From an uncultured bacterium (lineage in GTDB: Bacteria > Patescibacteriota > Microgenomatia > UBA1400 > MFAQ01), in NCBI GenBank assembly GCA_963980225.1, contig CAXBYW010000001.1:99301-163300 (forward strand): a DNA stretch of 64,000 nucleotides. Direction: 5' to 3'. Position numbers and translations under genes: made by a program. Below are positions 36,497 through 46,859 of this stretch, piece by piece (position 1 is the first letter of the stretch; the number at the start of each line of letters is the position of its first letter). Under the pieces are notes generated by a model, which was not told where the DNA came from, searched no databases, and worked only from the letters and a program-made list of their open reading frames with translations.

Positions 36497-39400
36497 GTAA
36501 CTTTACCCACTTACACGTCCACTCAGAATACTCCTTACTAGACGGTCTCTCAAAAATATCAAAAATAATTAAAAAAACTAAAGAATTCGGTCAGTCAGCT
36601 GTGGCTCTTACCGACCATGGAGGTATGTATGGCGCCATAGACTTTTATAAAAAAGCTACCAAAGAAGACATAAAACCTATCATCGGTTGTGAAGTCTATG
36701 TGGCCACTAAAAGTAGATTAGACAGACAAAGGCAGGACGCTAGTCACCTGGTGCTGTTAGCCAAAGACTACCAGGGTTACCAAAACTTAATGAAACTATC
36801 TACTCTAGCTCACACAGAAGGTTTCTACTACAAACCCAGAGTAGACAAGGAGCTTTTAGAAAAATACCACCAAGGTCTCATCGCCACTACCGCTTGTCTT
36901 GGCAGTAGGGTCAATAAATTAATAGTTGGTGGGGAGCTAAAAGAGGCCAAAAAAGAAGTACAAGAACTAGAGCAAATATTTGGATCAGACAACCTCTATA
37001 TAGAGCTACAAAGACACCATTTCGACCAATACAGTAAAGATCCTAAAGTACCTAAAGAAATAAAAGGAGAGTTGCTAGAGATGTACGGAAAAGAGCAAAA
37101 GGCAGAAAAAGAACTAATAAAACTAAGTAGGGAACTAGGTATTCCCCTTATCGCCACCAACGATGCTCACTATATAACTAAAGAAGATGCTAGAGCTCAA
37201 GACGCTATTGTCTGTATCCAAACCGGCAAATTAACCTCCGACATAAACAGATTAAGGTTTGTAGATACCCCAGACTTCTATTTAAAGTCTCCTAAAGAAA
37301 TGGAGAAAGAATTCGAAGACCTACCAGAAGCCATAACAAACACTGGCAAAATCGCCGATAAAGTAGATATAAGAATCTCACTCGGTAAATGGTGCTTCCC
37401 TAAAATAGATCTTCCTAAAGGAAAAACCGCTACAGAGGCCTTAAAAGACATGGCATACGCCGGTGCTAAAGAAAAGTTCCCTAAGATGACCCAGCAGATA
37501 AAAAAAAGAATCGATTACGAGTTAGGAGTCATCGATGAAAAAGGCTACTCAGCTTACTTCTTGCTCTACGCTGACTTAGTTGAGTACTGTGAGAGTGCCG
37601 GCATATATACCAATACCAGAGGATCAGCCGCTGGTTCTTTTGTGTCTTACTGTTGCAACATCACTACAGTTGACCCATTAAGATTCAAACTTCCATTCGA
37701 AAGATTCTTAAATCCATTTAGACCATCACCTCCAGATATCGACTTAGACGTATCAGACGATAGACGTGACCAAGTAATAGATTACCTAAAAGAAAAGTAT
37801 GGTGAAGAAAAAGTAGCCCAGATCTGCACCTTTGGAACCATGAAGGCCAGAGCCGCCATAAGAGACATGGGTAGGGTTCAAGGTATACCTTACTCAGAGG
37901 TGGACAAAATCTCAAAATTAGTCCCCATGGGCTCTCAAGGTTTCCCCATGACCATAGACAAGGCTCTAGAGATTACTCCTGAGCTAAAGCAAATTCAAAA
38001 CTCCGACCCAAAGATTAAAGACTTACTAGACCTATCTAAAAAAGTAGAAGGTAACACACGCCATATCTCAGTACACGCTGCTGCAGTGGTCGTCTCCCCA
38101 GATGAATTAACCGAGTTTTCTCCACTACAGTTTGAACCAGGAGGGGACGAGAAAATAATTACCCAGTATGAAATGCACGCTTGCGAAGACGTTGGTCTAA
38201 TTAAATTAGATATCTTGGGTATTAGAAACCTATCAATCCTTGCTAATGCCATAAAATTAATCAAGATTCTTCACAAAAAAGAGATCGACATTCACACCAT
38301 CCCCTTGGACGACAAGAAAACCTTCGAGATCCTCTGCGATGGTGAGACCTTTGGCATCTTCCAGCTTGCTAGTAGTGGTATGACCAAGTATCTAATGGAA
38401 CTAAAACCGGAAAAGATAGACGACATCATGGCCATGGTTGCCCTATACCGCCCAGGTCCTATGTCTTTCATCCCTGAGTACATCAAAAGGAAACATAACC
38501 CTAAGCTGATCAAGTACTTCGATCCTCGAATGGAAGAGTTTTTAAAATCAAGTTACGGAATCATTACCTACCAGGATGACGTCTTGTACATCGCGATTAA
38601 CTTAGCTGGATATAACTGGGAAGAAGCAGACAAGTTCAGAAAAGCCATTGGTAAAAAGATTCCAGAAGAAATGGAGAAGCAGCATGCTAAGTTTGTAGAT
38701 GGGGCTGTAGAAAATGGCATGACCAAGAAAAGAGCAGAAGATCTCTTTAGTCAGATCGAAACTTTTGCTGCGTACGGATTTAACCAGGCTCACGCCGCTA
38801 GTTACGGAGTCTTGGCTTACTGGACAGCCTACACAAAGGCTCACTACCCAGTCGAGTACATGACCGCACTAATGAGTGCAGAGGCCACTCACACAGACAA
38901 ACTAACAGAAGCAATAAACGAGTGTGAAGTGTTAGGTATCAAGGTCTTACCACCAGACATAAACGAGTCTTTAACAGACTTTACTGTGGTAGATATAGGT
39001 AAAGAACAGGCTTTACCTGCTGGTAGAGTTAAAGATGGAGGTAAGGCCATTCGCTTTGGTCTAAATGCCATAAAAAACGTCGGTGCTGCAGCTCTAGAAT
39101 TCATCTTGAAAGCTAGGAAAGACGAGCCATTCAGCTCATTCTCAGATTTCCTAAACAAAGTTAACCTACAAAAAGTCAACAAAAAAGTCATTGAATCTCT
39201 AATTAAAGTAGGTGCCTTCGACCGCTTTGGGCAACGAACAGCTCTTCTAGCCTATCTACCTCAAGCTAGAGACGCTGCTACTAAACTCGCAAAAGAAAGG
39301 CTTTCAGGCCAAACCAGTCTGTTTGGATCAGCCGAAAAAAGCATAAAAGACCTAAAAGACAATGTTCCAGAAGTAGAAGAAGCTCCGCTATCAGAGATCC

Positions 39401-39984
39401 TAAAAAATGAAAAAGAACTTCTAGGTGTCTACCTTACTGGCCACCCAATCAAGGCTTTAAGTGCTCAAATTAGAAACCGTCTAACACATAAACTAAATCA
39501 ACTAGACAAGAACATGAATGGGCAGAGTGTCTCTGTGGCAGGTATTATCGCTTCTTTAAGATTGGTAAATACCAAAAAGAACAACTCACGGATGGCTTTT
39601 GCCGCTCTAGAAGACGAGTTGGGTAGAGTAGACATAGTCATCTTCCCCAAGCTATTCAAAGACACAGCCGATATCTGGAAAGAAGACAGCCCTGTTCTTG
39701 TTTCCGGTAGGTTAGACAACAAAGACGATGAGCTTTCCTTAATCGTAGAAGAGGTAGAAGAAGTAAATAGTGAGTTTTTAGCCGGACAACCAGTTACTCT
39801 AGAGATCCCCAGAGGCACAGACAAAAAAGTTATGCAGACAATCAGCCAGCTATTACAGGAAAACCCAGGAAACCTTTCTGTGGAGATAATTATCAAAAAC
39901 GGTGGAGCAGACAAGAGAATCAACCTTCCTTACAAAGTAAACCTAAACGATTCACTAAGAAAGAAAATAGCCTCTCTTTTGTGA
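36493..39984 (+). CDS. dnaE: DNA polymerase III alpha subunit
   Basis: 1163 aa. N-terminal PHP domain (HLHVHSEYSLLDG), polymerase core and a C-terminal OB fold. Confidence 0.9.
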   Translation: MSNFTHLHVHSEYSLLDGLSKISKIIKKTKEFGQSAVALTDHGGMYGAIDFYKKATKEDIKPIIGCEVYVATKSRLDRQRQDASHLVLLAKDYQGYQNLMKLSTLAHTEGFYYKPRVDKELLEKYHQGLIATTACLGSRVNKLIVGGELKEAKKEVQELEQIFGSDNLYIELQRHHFDQYSKDPKVPKEIKGELLEMYGKEQKAEKELIKLSRELGIPLIATNDAHYITKEDARAQDAIVCIQTGKLTSDINRLRFVDTPDFYLKSPKEMEKEFEDLPEAITNTGKIADKVDIRISLGKWCFPKIDLPKGKTATEALKDMAYAGAKEKFPKMTQQIKKRIDYELGVIDEKGYSAYFLLYADLVEYCESAGIYTNTRGSAAGSFVSYCCNITTVDPLRFKLPFERFLNPFRPSPPDIDLDVSDDRRDQVIDYLKEKYGEEKVAQICTFGTMKARAAIRDMGRVQGIPYSEVDKISKLVPMGSQGFPMTIDKALEITPELKQIQNSDPKIKDLLDLSKKVEGNTRHISVHAAAVVVSPDELTEFSPLQFEPGGDEKIITQYEMHACEDVGLIKLDILGIRNLSILANAIKLIKILHKKEIDIHTIPLDDKKTFEILCDGETFGIFQLASSGMTKYLMELKPEKIDDIMAMVALYRPGPMSFIPEYIKRKHNPKLIKYFDPRMEEFLKSSYGIITYQDDVLYIAINLAGYNWEEADKFRKAIGKKIPEEMEKQHAKFVDGAVENGMTKKRAEDLFSQIETFAAYGFNQAHAASYGVLAYWTAYTKAHYPVEYMTALMSAEATHTDKLTEAINECEVLGIKVLPPDINESLTDFTVVDIGKEQALPAGRVKDGGKAIRFGLNAIKNVGAAALEFILKARKDEPFSSFSDFLNKVNLQKVNKKVIESLIKVGAFDRFGQRTALLAYLPQARDAATKLAKERLSGQTSLFGSAEKSIKDLKDNVPEVEEAPLSEILKNEKELLGVYLTGHPIKALSAQIRNRLTHKLNQLDKNMNGQSVSVAGIIASLRLVNTKKNNSRMAFAALEDELGRVDIVIFPKLFKDTADIWKEDSPVLVSGRLDNKDDELSLIVEEVEEVNSEFLAGQPVTLEIPRGTDKKVMQTISQLLQENPGNLSVEIIIKNGGADKRINLPYKVNLNDSLRKKIASLL

Positions 39985-40004
39985 TAAAATACTTAACCTA
40001 GATC

Positions 40005-40544
40005 ATGAATAGAACAAAATGGAACAACCAGGTGACTTTTAACGTCGGCGACACAATTAAGGTCCACCAAAATATTACAGAAGGTGAAAAGAGCCGTACT
40101 CAGATTTTTCAGGGTATTGTTATTCGCATTAAAGGCCATGAAGGCTTAACTTCCTTCACCGTCAGGAAGATCACAGCTTCCGGTGTTGGTGTAGAGAGAA
40201 TCTATCCTTTAAAAGCTCCAATCATCCTTAAAATTGAAGTGGTTAAAAAAGGTAAGGTCAAAAGAGCCAAACTTTACTACTTAAGAGACAGAGTTGGTAA
40301 GAAAGCCAAGATCCAGGATAGCTTTGTAAAGAAACAGGACATCGAAGAGATCACACCAGTAGTGGAGGAACCAAAGGTCAAACCAAAAGAAGACAAAGAG
40401 GAAAAAGAAGAAGTTAGAGAGAAAAAGGAAGTCAAACCTTTAGAGGCAAGCAACAAATCAGAACTTAAAGCAGCAGCTAGGGCCAGAAGAAAGGCTAAGA
40501 AAAAAGGAAAAGTAGAAAGAAAAGAGAGAAAAGACGCCAGATAA
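40005..40544 (+). CDS. rplS: 50S ribosomal protein L19 with ~65-aa Lys/Glu-rich C-terminal extension
   Basis: The first ~115 aa are canonical L19 (GDTIKVH...RIYPL.SP.I..IEV). The tail is KEDKEEKEEVREKKEVK...KKKGKVERKERK. Confidence 0.85.
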   Translation: MNRTKWNNQVTFNVGDTIKVHQNITEGEKSRTQIFQGIVIRIKGHEGLTSFTVRKITASGVGVERIYPLKAPIILKIEVVKKGKVKRAKLYYLRDRVGKKAKIQDSFVKKQDIEEITPVVEEPKVKPKEDKEEKEEVREKKEVKPLEASNKSELKAAARARRKAKKKGKVERKERKDAR

Positions 40545-40576
40545 TTTCAATAGATGTTAAAATATACATAAGCTAC

Positions 40577-40650
40577 GGGTCCGTAGCTCAGTCGGTTAGA
40601 GCACCTGCCTTTTAAGCAGGGTGTCGTGGGTTCGAATCCCACCGGACCCA
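40577..40650 (+). tRNA. tRNA-Lys (anticodon TTT)
   Basis: 74-nt cloverleaf: acceptor GGGTCCG/CGGACCC, anticodon loop CTTTTAA, T-loop TTCGAAT. Confidence 0.85.
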
Positions 40651-40691
40651 CAACAAGTAACGGTTAAATTATTAATTTCAAATAAAACATT

Positions 40692-41030
40692 ATGAAATTT
40701 AACATCAGACTCCTTTACCTCTATTTATTCTCCTTCGTCGGGTTACTAATTACCATCATTGGTGCAACCAACCTGGTTAGCCTAGGCTTAAAGGTTTACG
40801 TGTTTGATAACGCAGACATTCAAGACACCAAGATCATGGCTCCACGCTTAGTAGAGGGTGAAAAGCTAGCAATAGAAGATCAAGTCTCAGATGAAGAAAG
40901 AGAGGCAAGTCTTTTAAAAGAAAATATCAAGAGACGTCAAAGAGAGGTTTCTAACTCACTTTCTATGATTATTGTAGGAGTGCCTTTATACCTCTATCAC
41001 TGGAGAACCATAAAAAGAGAAAAGAAATAA
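40692..41030 (+). CDS. hypothetical small membrane protein
   Basis: 112 aa with N- and C-terminal hydrophobic helices. It sits between two tRNAs. Confidence 0.35.
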   Translation: MKFNIRLLYLYLFSFVGLLITIIGATNLVSLGLKVYVFDNADIQDTKIMAPRLVEGEKLAIEDQVSDEEREASLLKENIKRRQREVSNSLSMIIVGVPLYLYHWRTIKREKK

Positions 41031-41100
41031 CAAATATTCTCTCCTCCATCCGTTAAAATTTGATAAAATAGGAGATAGGCTCCAAAGCCAAGTTCGTCTT

Positions 41101-41173
41101 GGCCCCGTCGTCTAGCGGTTAGGACACCAGGTTTTCATCCTGGAGATCGCGGGTTCAAATCCCGCCGGGGTCA
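41101..41173 (+). tRNA. tRNA-Glu (anticodon TTC)
   Basis: 73-nt cloverleaf: acceptor GGCCCCG/CGGGGTC, anticodon loop TTTTCAT, T-loop TTCAAAT. Confidence 0.85.
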
Positions 41174-41261
41174 CACTTAATAAATAGATTGGTATATCCA
41201 GTTATTTTGTTGTATCTATATCTTCTCATAACATAAGCTGGTTAATGATAAAATTCTATTT

Positions 41262-41828
41262 ATGAAAACTGCAATTATCCTTCATGGAATGCCGTCAAAG
41301 ACTGGCTACTATGATCCAGACCGAGAGTCTCAATCTAATGAGCACTGGTTACCTTGGCTACAACATGAGTTGATCATTAGAGATGTCCTGACACAAACAC
41401 CTGAGCTACCCAAACCTTATGATCCTACTTATGAAGAATGGTTGGATGTCTTTCGCCGGTTCCAGGTGGATGAAGACTCAGTTCTTGTTGGGCACAGTTT
41501 GGGTGGTGGCTTCTTAGTGCGTTGGTTGAGCGAATCTGATGTGAGGATTAACAAACTAATATTAGTTGCTCCCTGGATTGATCCTGATGGGAAAATTAAG
41601 AATGGATTCTTTAACTTCAAGATAGACGGTCAATTAGAAGAAAAGGTTAATGAGCTTCACATCCTCCACTCAAAGGATGATGACAAGGGTGTTAGGGAGA
41701 GTGTCAAGACGCTTAGAAATACCATAAAAGATCACAAATATCATGAGTTTGAAAAACACGGTCATTTTTGTTTTGGAGACATGAAGACGAGAGAATTTCC
41801 CGAACTGTTAAAACTAATACTTGATTAG
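41262..41828 (+). CDS. serine hydrolase family (YdeN/RBBP9-like alpha/beta hydrolase)
   Basis: GHSLGG nucleophile elbow with downstream Asp and His (HGHF). 188 aa, typical of PF06821-type esterases. Confidence 0.55.
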   Translation: MKTAIILHGMPSKTGYYDPDRESQSNEHWLPWLQHELIIRDVLTQTPELPKPYDPTYEEWLDVFRRFQVDEDSVLVGHSLGGGFLVRWLSESDVRINKLILVAPWIDPDGKIKNGFFNFKIDGQLEEKVNELHILHSKDDDKGVRESVKTLRNTIKDHKYHEFEKHGHFCFGDMKTREFPELLKLILD

Positions 41829-42029
41829 TTTCTATTACCCAATAGGTAAGGTATGTAAGTGTGTTGTAGGCACGGTAGATTCTTGTGGTGGTTGGGTTTG
41901 GAGAAATGAGTATTGTCTCTCTAGGCTAGAGTAAATTGAGTTCCAGTTTGAGGACAGATAGTTCACATTCACTTTATATGACCATGTGACATTTACACTT
42001 CTGACTTTGCTTTTTGTTTTGGTGGACAT

Positions 42030-42260
42030 TTAGTATCTGCGTATGAGCAAAAAACACAACAGTCTCCTTTTTTTTGGAGTAACTATTTCATTGCAGTTAT
42101 TACATTTATAAAAATGTTGACAGGCATTTGTGGGCATTTCCTCTAAATACTTAGTGTCACATTCTGGACATTTTATTACCGCCTTAAGTTTAATATCTTT
42201 ATATGCTTTCACAGTCTTATCTCGCAAATTTTTCTGGTGATTGGTTTTTGTACGTGTCAA
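42030..42260 (-). CDS. small zinc-ribbon protein (putative)
   Basis: CPEC...C..H..YKCNNC pattern. 76 aa. It overlaps the upstream gene by 44 bp, so the start is uncertain. Confidence 0.3.
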   Translation of the reverse strand: MTRTKTNHQKNLRDKTVKAYKDIKLKAVIKCPECDTKYLEEMPTNACQHFYKCNNCNEIVTPKKRRLLCFLLIRRY

Positions 42261-42855
42261 TATACTTTTGAATCAAAGCTCTATCTATTGACTCAATCTT
42301 CATCATTCTTCCCCAGGAAGCAATCACGATCCTACCATCATTACTAGGTCTAGGAGATACGACAGTGCTTTGTGAATTTTGCTTACCAATTTCTTTCAAG
42401 ATAGCTATCTCCTCATCACTAATATCTTTGTATGAGATCCAGATCCCACCGTGCTCCATATTATGAACCGCAGCTTTATCATCAATTTCCTTACGATAAA
42501 CACCCCAGTTTCCTGCTTGCGCCAAGTGTCCACCTGAGGTAGGTGGGTTAGTTTGATACTCAACATTTGTCCCAGCTGGGACATGAGCGCTCCCTTCGAT
42601 TGGAAACTCCTCAATCTTTCCATCTAGTGAAACCACTTCAAGTTGTTGTTCAAACTCAATTTCTTCAGGACTTTTCTTTGACAACTGTACATACCCAATA
42701 ACCGCAACGACAGAAAGAGCGGTTACTAAGGACCAATTACGAATCTTTTTGACAAGCTCGTCTCTTTGCTCACGTTCTCTTCTCAACTGTTTAAGTTTTT
42801 TCCTACGTTCGTGTTTTGGTAAATTGTTCCACTCTTCAGGATAATCCATACTCAA
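42217..42855 (-). CDS. DUF3105-like membrane-anchored protein
   Basis: Basic N-terminus plus a TM. Periplasmic domain with TSGGH and HNMEHGG motifs reminiscent of DUF3105. Confidence 0.4.
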   Translation of the reverse strand: MSMDYPEEWNNLPKHERRKKLKQLRREREQRDELVKKIRNWSLVTALSVVAVIGYVQLSKKSPEEIEFEQQLEVVSLDGKIEEFPIEGSAHVPAGTNVEYQTNPPTSGGHLAQAGNWGVYRKEIDDKAAVHNMEHGGIWISYKDISDEEIAILKEIGKQNSQSTVVSPRPSNDGRIVIASWGRMMKIESIDRALIQKYIDTYKNQSPEKFAR

Positions 42856-43394
42856 CTCGTCCTTTCTACCTTACATACAAATGGTTGGTTAATTTTTTTA
42901 ATAGTCAAATTCGTAGCATATAGTAAGATTGCGATTCCAATAAACCCAAACTCTTGCCCTCTAAATGGTAAGAATCCGAGAATTGCAGTGGTTGACCCTA
43001 AGCCAATTAATGAAGTTAAAATCACCGAACCACAAGATGCACAACCAATTCCAAACATACTACTCACGATCCCTATCAAAGACACCCCCATTGATCGCTG
43101 TAATTTGGCTGTTTGGCGTAAGTAGTAGGTAGCCAGGCTTATCTGTAGTCCGGCAAGTACAGCAGTCACAATAGTGACCAAACGTGATAAGGCAGTAAAA
43201 TTTGTTTGTAGTGAACCTAGTAAGCTTGCCAGTAAATTTGTTTTCTGCCACAAGCTCATCGTAGAGTTAGTCATCACACTAGAAATTAGATGTAGGTTAG
43301 GTAGCCAAGCAGCAAAAGCCAGTATCATCAAGGACACCAATACCAATAGTAATAGGTACTTGGGTTTGGTCATTATCTTAATAATGGTTGCCAT
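42852..43394 (-). CDS. polytopic membrane protein with intramembrane CxxC (GCASCG), candidate disulfide-bond oxidoreductase partner
   Basis: About 5 TM helices. A CASC motif lies at a helix boundary. It is co-directional and translationally coupled with the DsbA-like gene upstream and the DUF3105 gene downstream. Confidence 0.35.
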   Translation of the reverse strand: MATIIKIMTKPKYLLLLVLVSLMILAFAAWLPNLHLISSVMTNSTMSLWQKTNLLASLLGSLQTNFTALSRLVTIVTAVLAGLQISLATYYLRQTAKLQRSMGVSLIGIVSSMFGIGCASCGSVILTSLIGLGSTTAILGFLPFRGQEFGFIGIAILLYATNLTIKKINQPFVCKVERTS

Positions 43395-43399
43395 GATTC

Positions 43400-44146
43400 T
43401 TAAAGTAGAGAGTCAATCACTACTTCGAAGGTAGCATATGGTTGTGCCCCAACTAACAACTCACCATCAATCTCTCCATTAGGAGTCGATTTGCCGATTA
43501 TAAACGTCGGTGTACCACTAGCACCAGCCTTTCCTGCATCAACCAGGTCTTTCTTGACCTCATCTTCTTGAGCGGTGTCTAGAAGACAGCTATTAAAAGA
43601 ACTTATATTTAACCCTGTATCCACGGCTATAGTAGTCAAATCATTCTCTGACAGTCCATTGCCATTTGAGATTGTTCTAGTAAATATTTCATCATGATAC
43701 TGGAAGTACTTAGCATCTCCACCTTGTTCCCCTGCACAGTTAGCAGCAATCGCTTCCTTAGTCGCCATGGGATCGTGGAATGATAATGGTAGATCTCTAA
43801 ACACGATCTTGACCTTACCTGTATCAACATAGTTCTGAATTAGTTTGGGAAGTGTTTCATCAAAATGACGTTTACAGAATGGGCACTCATAATCTGAAAA
43901 TTCAATAATAGTTACAGGAGCATCCTTGTCACCTAAAACAGGGTCATCATCAACAGAAGCAACGCCTTTAGTTGGCTGTTGTGGTTGAGCAGCAGCTTGT
44001 TTTTGGTTTTGGCCTGAGTCAATATCTTTTTCCAGCATCTGAACCTTGGTATATAAAGACCCAATAAAGAAAGCTGCAGCTATCAGTGATAGTGTCAACA
44101 AAGGTGTTAATTTGTTGGAAAAAGGATTGGTTTTTGTTTTGCTCAT
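43400..44146 (-). CDS. DsbA-like thiol:disulfide oxidoreductase (thioredoxin fold), membrane-anchored
   Basis: N-terminal TM, a Gln-rich linker, then a thioredoxin domain with CPFC active site (EFSDYECPFCKRH). Confidence 0.7.
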   Translation of the reverse strand: MSKTKTNPFSNKLTPLLTLSLIAAAFFIGSLYTKVQMLEKDIDSGQNQKQAAAQPQQPTKGVASVDDDPVLGDKDAPVTIIEFSDYECPFCKRHFDETLPKLIQNYVDTGKVKIVFRDLPLSFHDPMATKEAIAANCAGEQGGDAKYFQYHDEIFTRTISNGNGLSENDLTTIAVDTGLNISSFNSCLLDTAQEDEVKKDLVDAGKAGASGTPTFIIGKSTPNGEIDGELLVGAQPYATFEVVIDSLL

Positions 44147-44166
44147 ATAATTTCTCAGTAAGTTAA

Positions 44167-44778
44167 TTAATTTTTTAATTTAGAGTATCTTTTTTCAATT
44201 TTGTCCCAATCAACTATCTGCCAAAAAGCATAGATATAGTCTGGTCTGCGATTTTGATATTTCAAGTAATATGCGTGTTCCCATAAGTCCAGGGCTAAAA
44301 GTGGTACCTGACCATTTGATACGGGGCTATCTTGATTGGGAGTAGTAGTGATAACTAACTTACCCTTATCCTTCACCAACCATGTCCAACCACTACCGAA
44401 AAGAGAGCTTGCTTTTAAATTAAATTCTTCTTTAAAGTTCTGGAAAGTACCAAAAGTCTTTGTTATCTCTTCTGCAAGTTTTCCTTTGGGTTCTCCGCCA
44501 CCATTGGGGGATAAGATTTCCCAGAACAGAGAGTGATTGAAATGGCCTCCAGCAGTGTTTCTAATCGCTTTAGATGCTTTTGCTGGCAAACTATCAAGGT
44601 TGGTTAGAAGCTCTTCTAATGACTTACCTTGAAGCTCAGAATTTGCTTCTATTGTCTCATTCAGTTTGTTTATATAGCCTTGGTGATGTTTACCGTGGTG
44701 AATCTCCATTGTCTCCTTATCTATATGTGGCTCAAGAGCGTCAAGGGAATGGTTTAGTTTTGGTAAAGTAAATGACAT
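44167..44778 (-). CDS. sodA: Fe/Mn superoxide dismutase
   Basis: HHGKHH, the DLWEHAYY motif, and start MSFTLPKL. The ORF track extends 67 aa further upstream over ruvC and is treated as a spurious extension. Confidence 0.85.
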   Translation of the reverse strand: MSFTLPKLNHSLDALEPHIDKETMEIHHGKHHQGYINKLNETIEANSELQGKSLEELLTNLDSLPAKASKAIRNTAGGHFNHSLFWEILSPNGGGEPKGKLAEEITKTFGTFQNFKEEFNLKASSLFGSGWTWLVKDKGKLVITTTPNQDSPVSNGQVPLLALDLWEHAYYLKYQNRRPDYIYAFWQIVDWDKIEKRYSKLKN

Positions 44779-44863
44779 GAACATCATTATACATTTATAC
44801 ATCCACCATGCAAGTCTAAGTTTAAATAGGATTGATATTAATGAGGTATAGTTAGACTCATAT

Positions 44864-45346
44864 ATGAAGGTACTAGGAATTGATCCAGGAACAGGTAGGA
44901 TGGGCTGGGCTATTGTAGAAAAACTTAAGGGTAAAGAAAGCTTAATCGAATGTGGTTGTCTGGAAACACCTCCACACACACCCTTACCAATCAGGCTAGA
45001 AAAGATTCATTCATTTTTAAATGAAATCATAACTAAACATAAACCCCAGTCAGCTTCAATTGAAGATCTGTTCTTTGCTAAAAATAGAAAGACCGTTATG
45101 TCGGTAGGTGCAGCTAGGGGAGTGATCATCTTAGCCTGTAAGCAAGCCAAGCTAGATATCAATCTATATACCCCGCTACAAATAAAGTCTTCAGTCACTG
45201 GTTACGGGCAGGCAGACAAGAAACAGGTGCAGTTCATGGTGCAAAATATCTTGAAGACAAAAGAGATCCCACAGTTAGATGACGCCATAGATGCCGTGGC
45301 TGCTGCCTTGACTCACCTGTCAAGAACTCCAAGTGTTACAATCTAA
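44864..45346 (+). CDS. ruvC: Holliday junction resolvase RuvC
   Basis: [20 protein letters not shown]-terminus (RNase H-like fold) and catalytic acidic residues. Confidence 0.85.
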   Translation: MKVLGIDPGTGRMGWAIVEKLKGKESLIECGCLETPPHTPLPIRLEKIHSFLNEIITKHKPQSASIEDLFFAKNRKTVMSVGAARGVIILACKQAKLDINLYTPLQIKSSVTGYGQADKKQVQFMVQNILKTKEIPQLDDAIDAVAAALTHLSRTPSVTI

Positions 45347-45348
45347 GC

Positions 45349-45903
45349 ATGATTGGTTTTCTTTCGGGTAAAATAACAAACTCAAAAAACGACTCAATAA
45401 TACTAGACGTTAACGGAGTTGGGTATCTAATATCCACAGTAAAGGTAAACCAAGTCAGTTCCAGTAAAGTTAGCTTTTTCATCCATACTCACGTCAAAGA
45501 AGACGAGATCTCTCTCTTTGGATTCAAGACCCAAGAAGAGCTCGAGCTATTCAAAAACCTAATCTCTGTCTCTGGTGTTGGCCCTAGGATTGCTCTATCA
45601 ATCTTAGCTTCCGGTACAGAAGTTGATATCGTCTCCGCCATTAAAAATAGTTCGGTAGACTTTTTCTCTGCTGTGCCAGGTATTGGCAAGAAAACCGCTC
45701 AAAAACTAATCATCGACCTAAAGTCTAAATTAGATAACTCGTTTGCCGATCTTGCAATGTTAAACCAAGACTCTAGTTTGGTAGAAGGTTTGTTGGGCTT
45801 AGGCTTCGCCAAAAAAGAAATTCAAAAGATAGCTCCTAAGATTAAACCTGACTTAAAATTAGCAGAACAAATCAAACTAGCCCTTAAATTACTAAACCAA
45901 TGA
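45349..45903 (+). CDS. ruvA: Holliday junction DNA helicase RuvA
   Basis: MIGFLSGKI...DVNGVGY OB domain, then HhH motifs (LISVSGVGPRIALSIL). Confidence 0.85.
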   Translation: MIGFLSGKITNSKNDSIILDVNGVGYLISTVKVNQVSSSKVSFFIHTHVKEDEISLFGFKTQEELELFKNLISVSGVGPRIALSILASGTEVDIVSAIKNSSVDFFSAVPGIGKKTAQKLIIDLKSKLDNSFADLAMLNQDSSLVEGLLGLGFAKKEIQKIAPKIKPDLKLAEQIKLALKLLNQ

Positions 45904-46859
45904 CTTTAAAAAAAGCCAACCTTAGACCAACAGACTGGAGCAGTTTTACCGGCCAAGAAAACACAGTTAAGTCAATCCAAATAGCCATCAAGGCCAGTCA
46001 AAAAAGAAAGGAACCACTAGAGCACGTCCTACTCTACGGGCCACCAGGTTTGGGTAAAACAACCCTAGCTAACATCATCGCCAAGAATCTAAACACCAAC
46101 ATAAAGATTACCTCGGGACCTGCCTTAACCCGTTCTGGTGATTTAGCTTCTATTCTTACCTCACTAGAGCCAGGCGATATCTTGTTCATCGATGAGATCC
46201 ACAGATTAAACAAGAATGTAGAAGAAGCCCTCTACCCAGCTATGGAGGACTTCAACCTAGACATCGTCTTGGGTAAAGGACCTGGTGCTAGAACTCTGCG
46301 TCTTGACCTTAACCCATTCACCATTATTGGTGCTACTACTAAGGCAGGAGCCATCTCCAGTCCCTTAAGGGATCGCTTTGGCCTGGTTCACCGTCTGACC
46401 TACTACTCAGCAAATGATCTAGAGAAGATCATAAAAGATGCTTCTACCGTCTTAGGTATTAAGTTAGATACCGACTCTGCCAAGGAAATAGCTAAAAGAT
46501 CTAGAGGTACAGCTAGAATTGCCCTAAAACTCCTCCGACGTGTCAGAGACTACTGTCTCATCGAACACGAGAGCAAGCCTAATTTAGACTTAACTCAAAA
46601 ATGTCTTAAGTTCTATCAAGTCGATGACGCTGGTCTAGATGAAACAGACAGGGCTCTTTTGGAAGCCATAATTAAACTACATAATGGTGGGCCTGTTGGC
46701 CTACAAACCTTAGCTTCATTAATTTCAGAGGATTTAGAAACCATAACCGACGTCAACGAGCCATTCCTTTTACAAACAGGCTTTTTAATGAAAACCTCAC
46801 GGGGTAGGGTAGCCACCCCTAAGGCTTATCAACACCTAAACTTGAAAAAAAATGCCTAA
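45900..46859 (+). CDS. ruvB: Holliday junction DNA helicase RuvB
   Basis: AAA+ Walker A (GPPGLGKTTLA), Walker B (LFIDEIHRL) and sensor motifs. Confidence 0.9.
   Translation: MTLKKANLRPTDWSSFTGQENTVKSIQIAIKASQKRKEPLEHVLLYGPPGLGKTTLANIIAKNLNTNIKITSGPALTRSGDLASILTSLEPGDILFIDEIHRLNKNVEEALYPAMEDFNLDIVLGKGPGARTLRLDLNPFTIIGATTKAGAISSPLRDRFGLVHRLTYYSANDLEKIIKDASTVLGIKLDTDSAKEIAKRSRGTARIALKLLRRVRDYCLIEHESKPNLDLTQKCLKFYQVDDAGLDETDRALLEAIIKLHNGGPVGLQTLASLISEDLETITDVNEPFLLQTGFLMKTSRGRVATPKAYQHLNLKKNA

Noticed and set aside
44779-44979. 67-aa N-terminal extension of the sodA ORF
   Set aside because: The extension overlaps the ruvC start, has no SOD similarity, and the canonical SOD N-terminus (MSFTLPKL...HHGKHH) begins at 44778.
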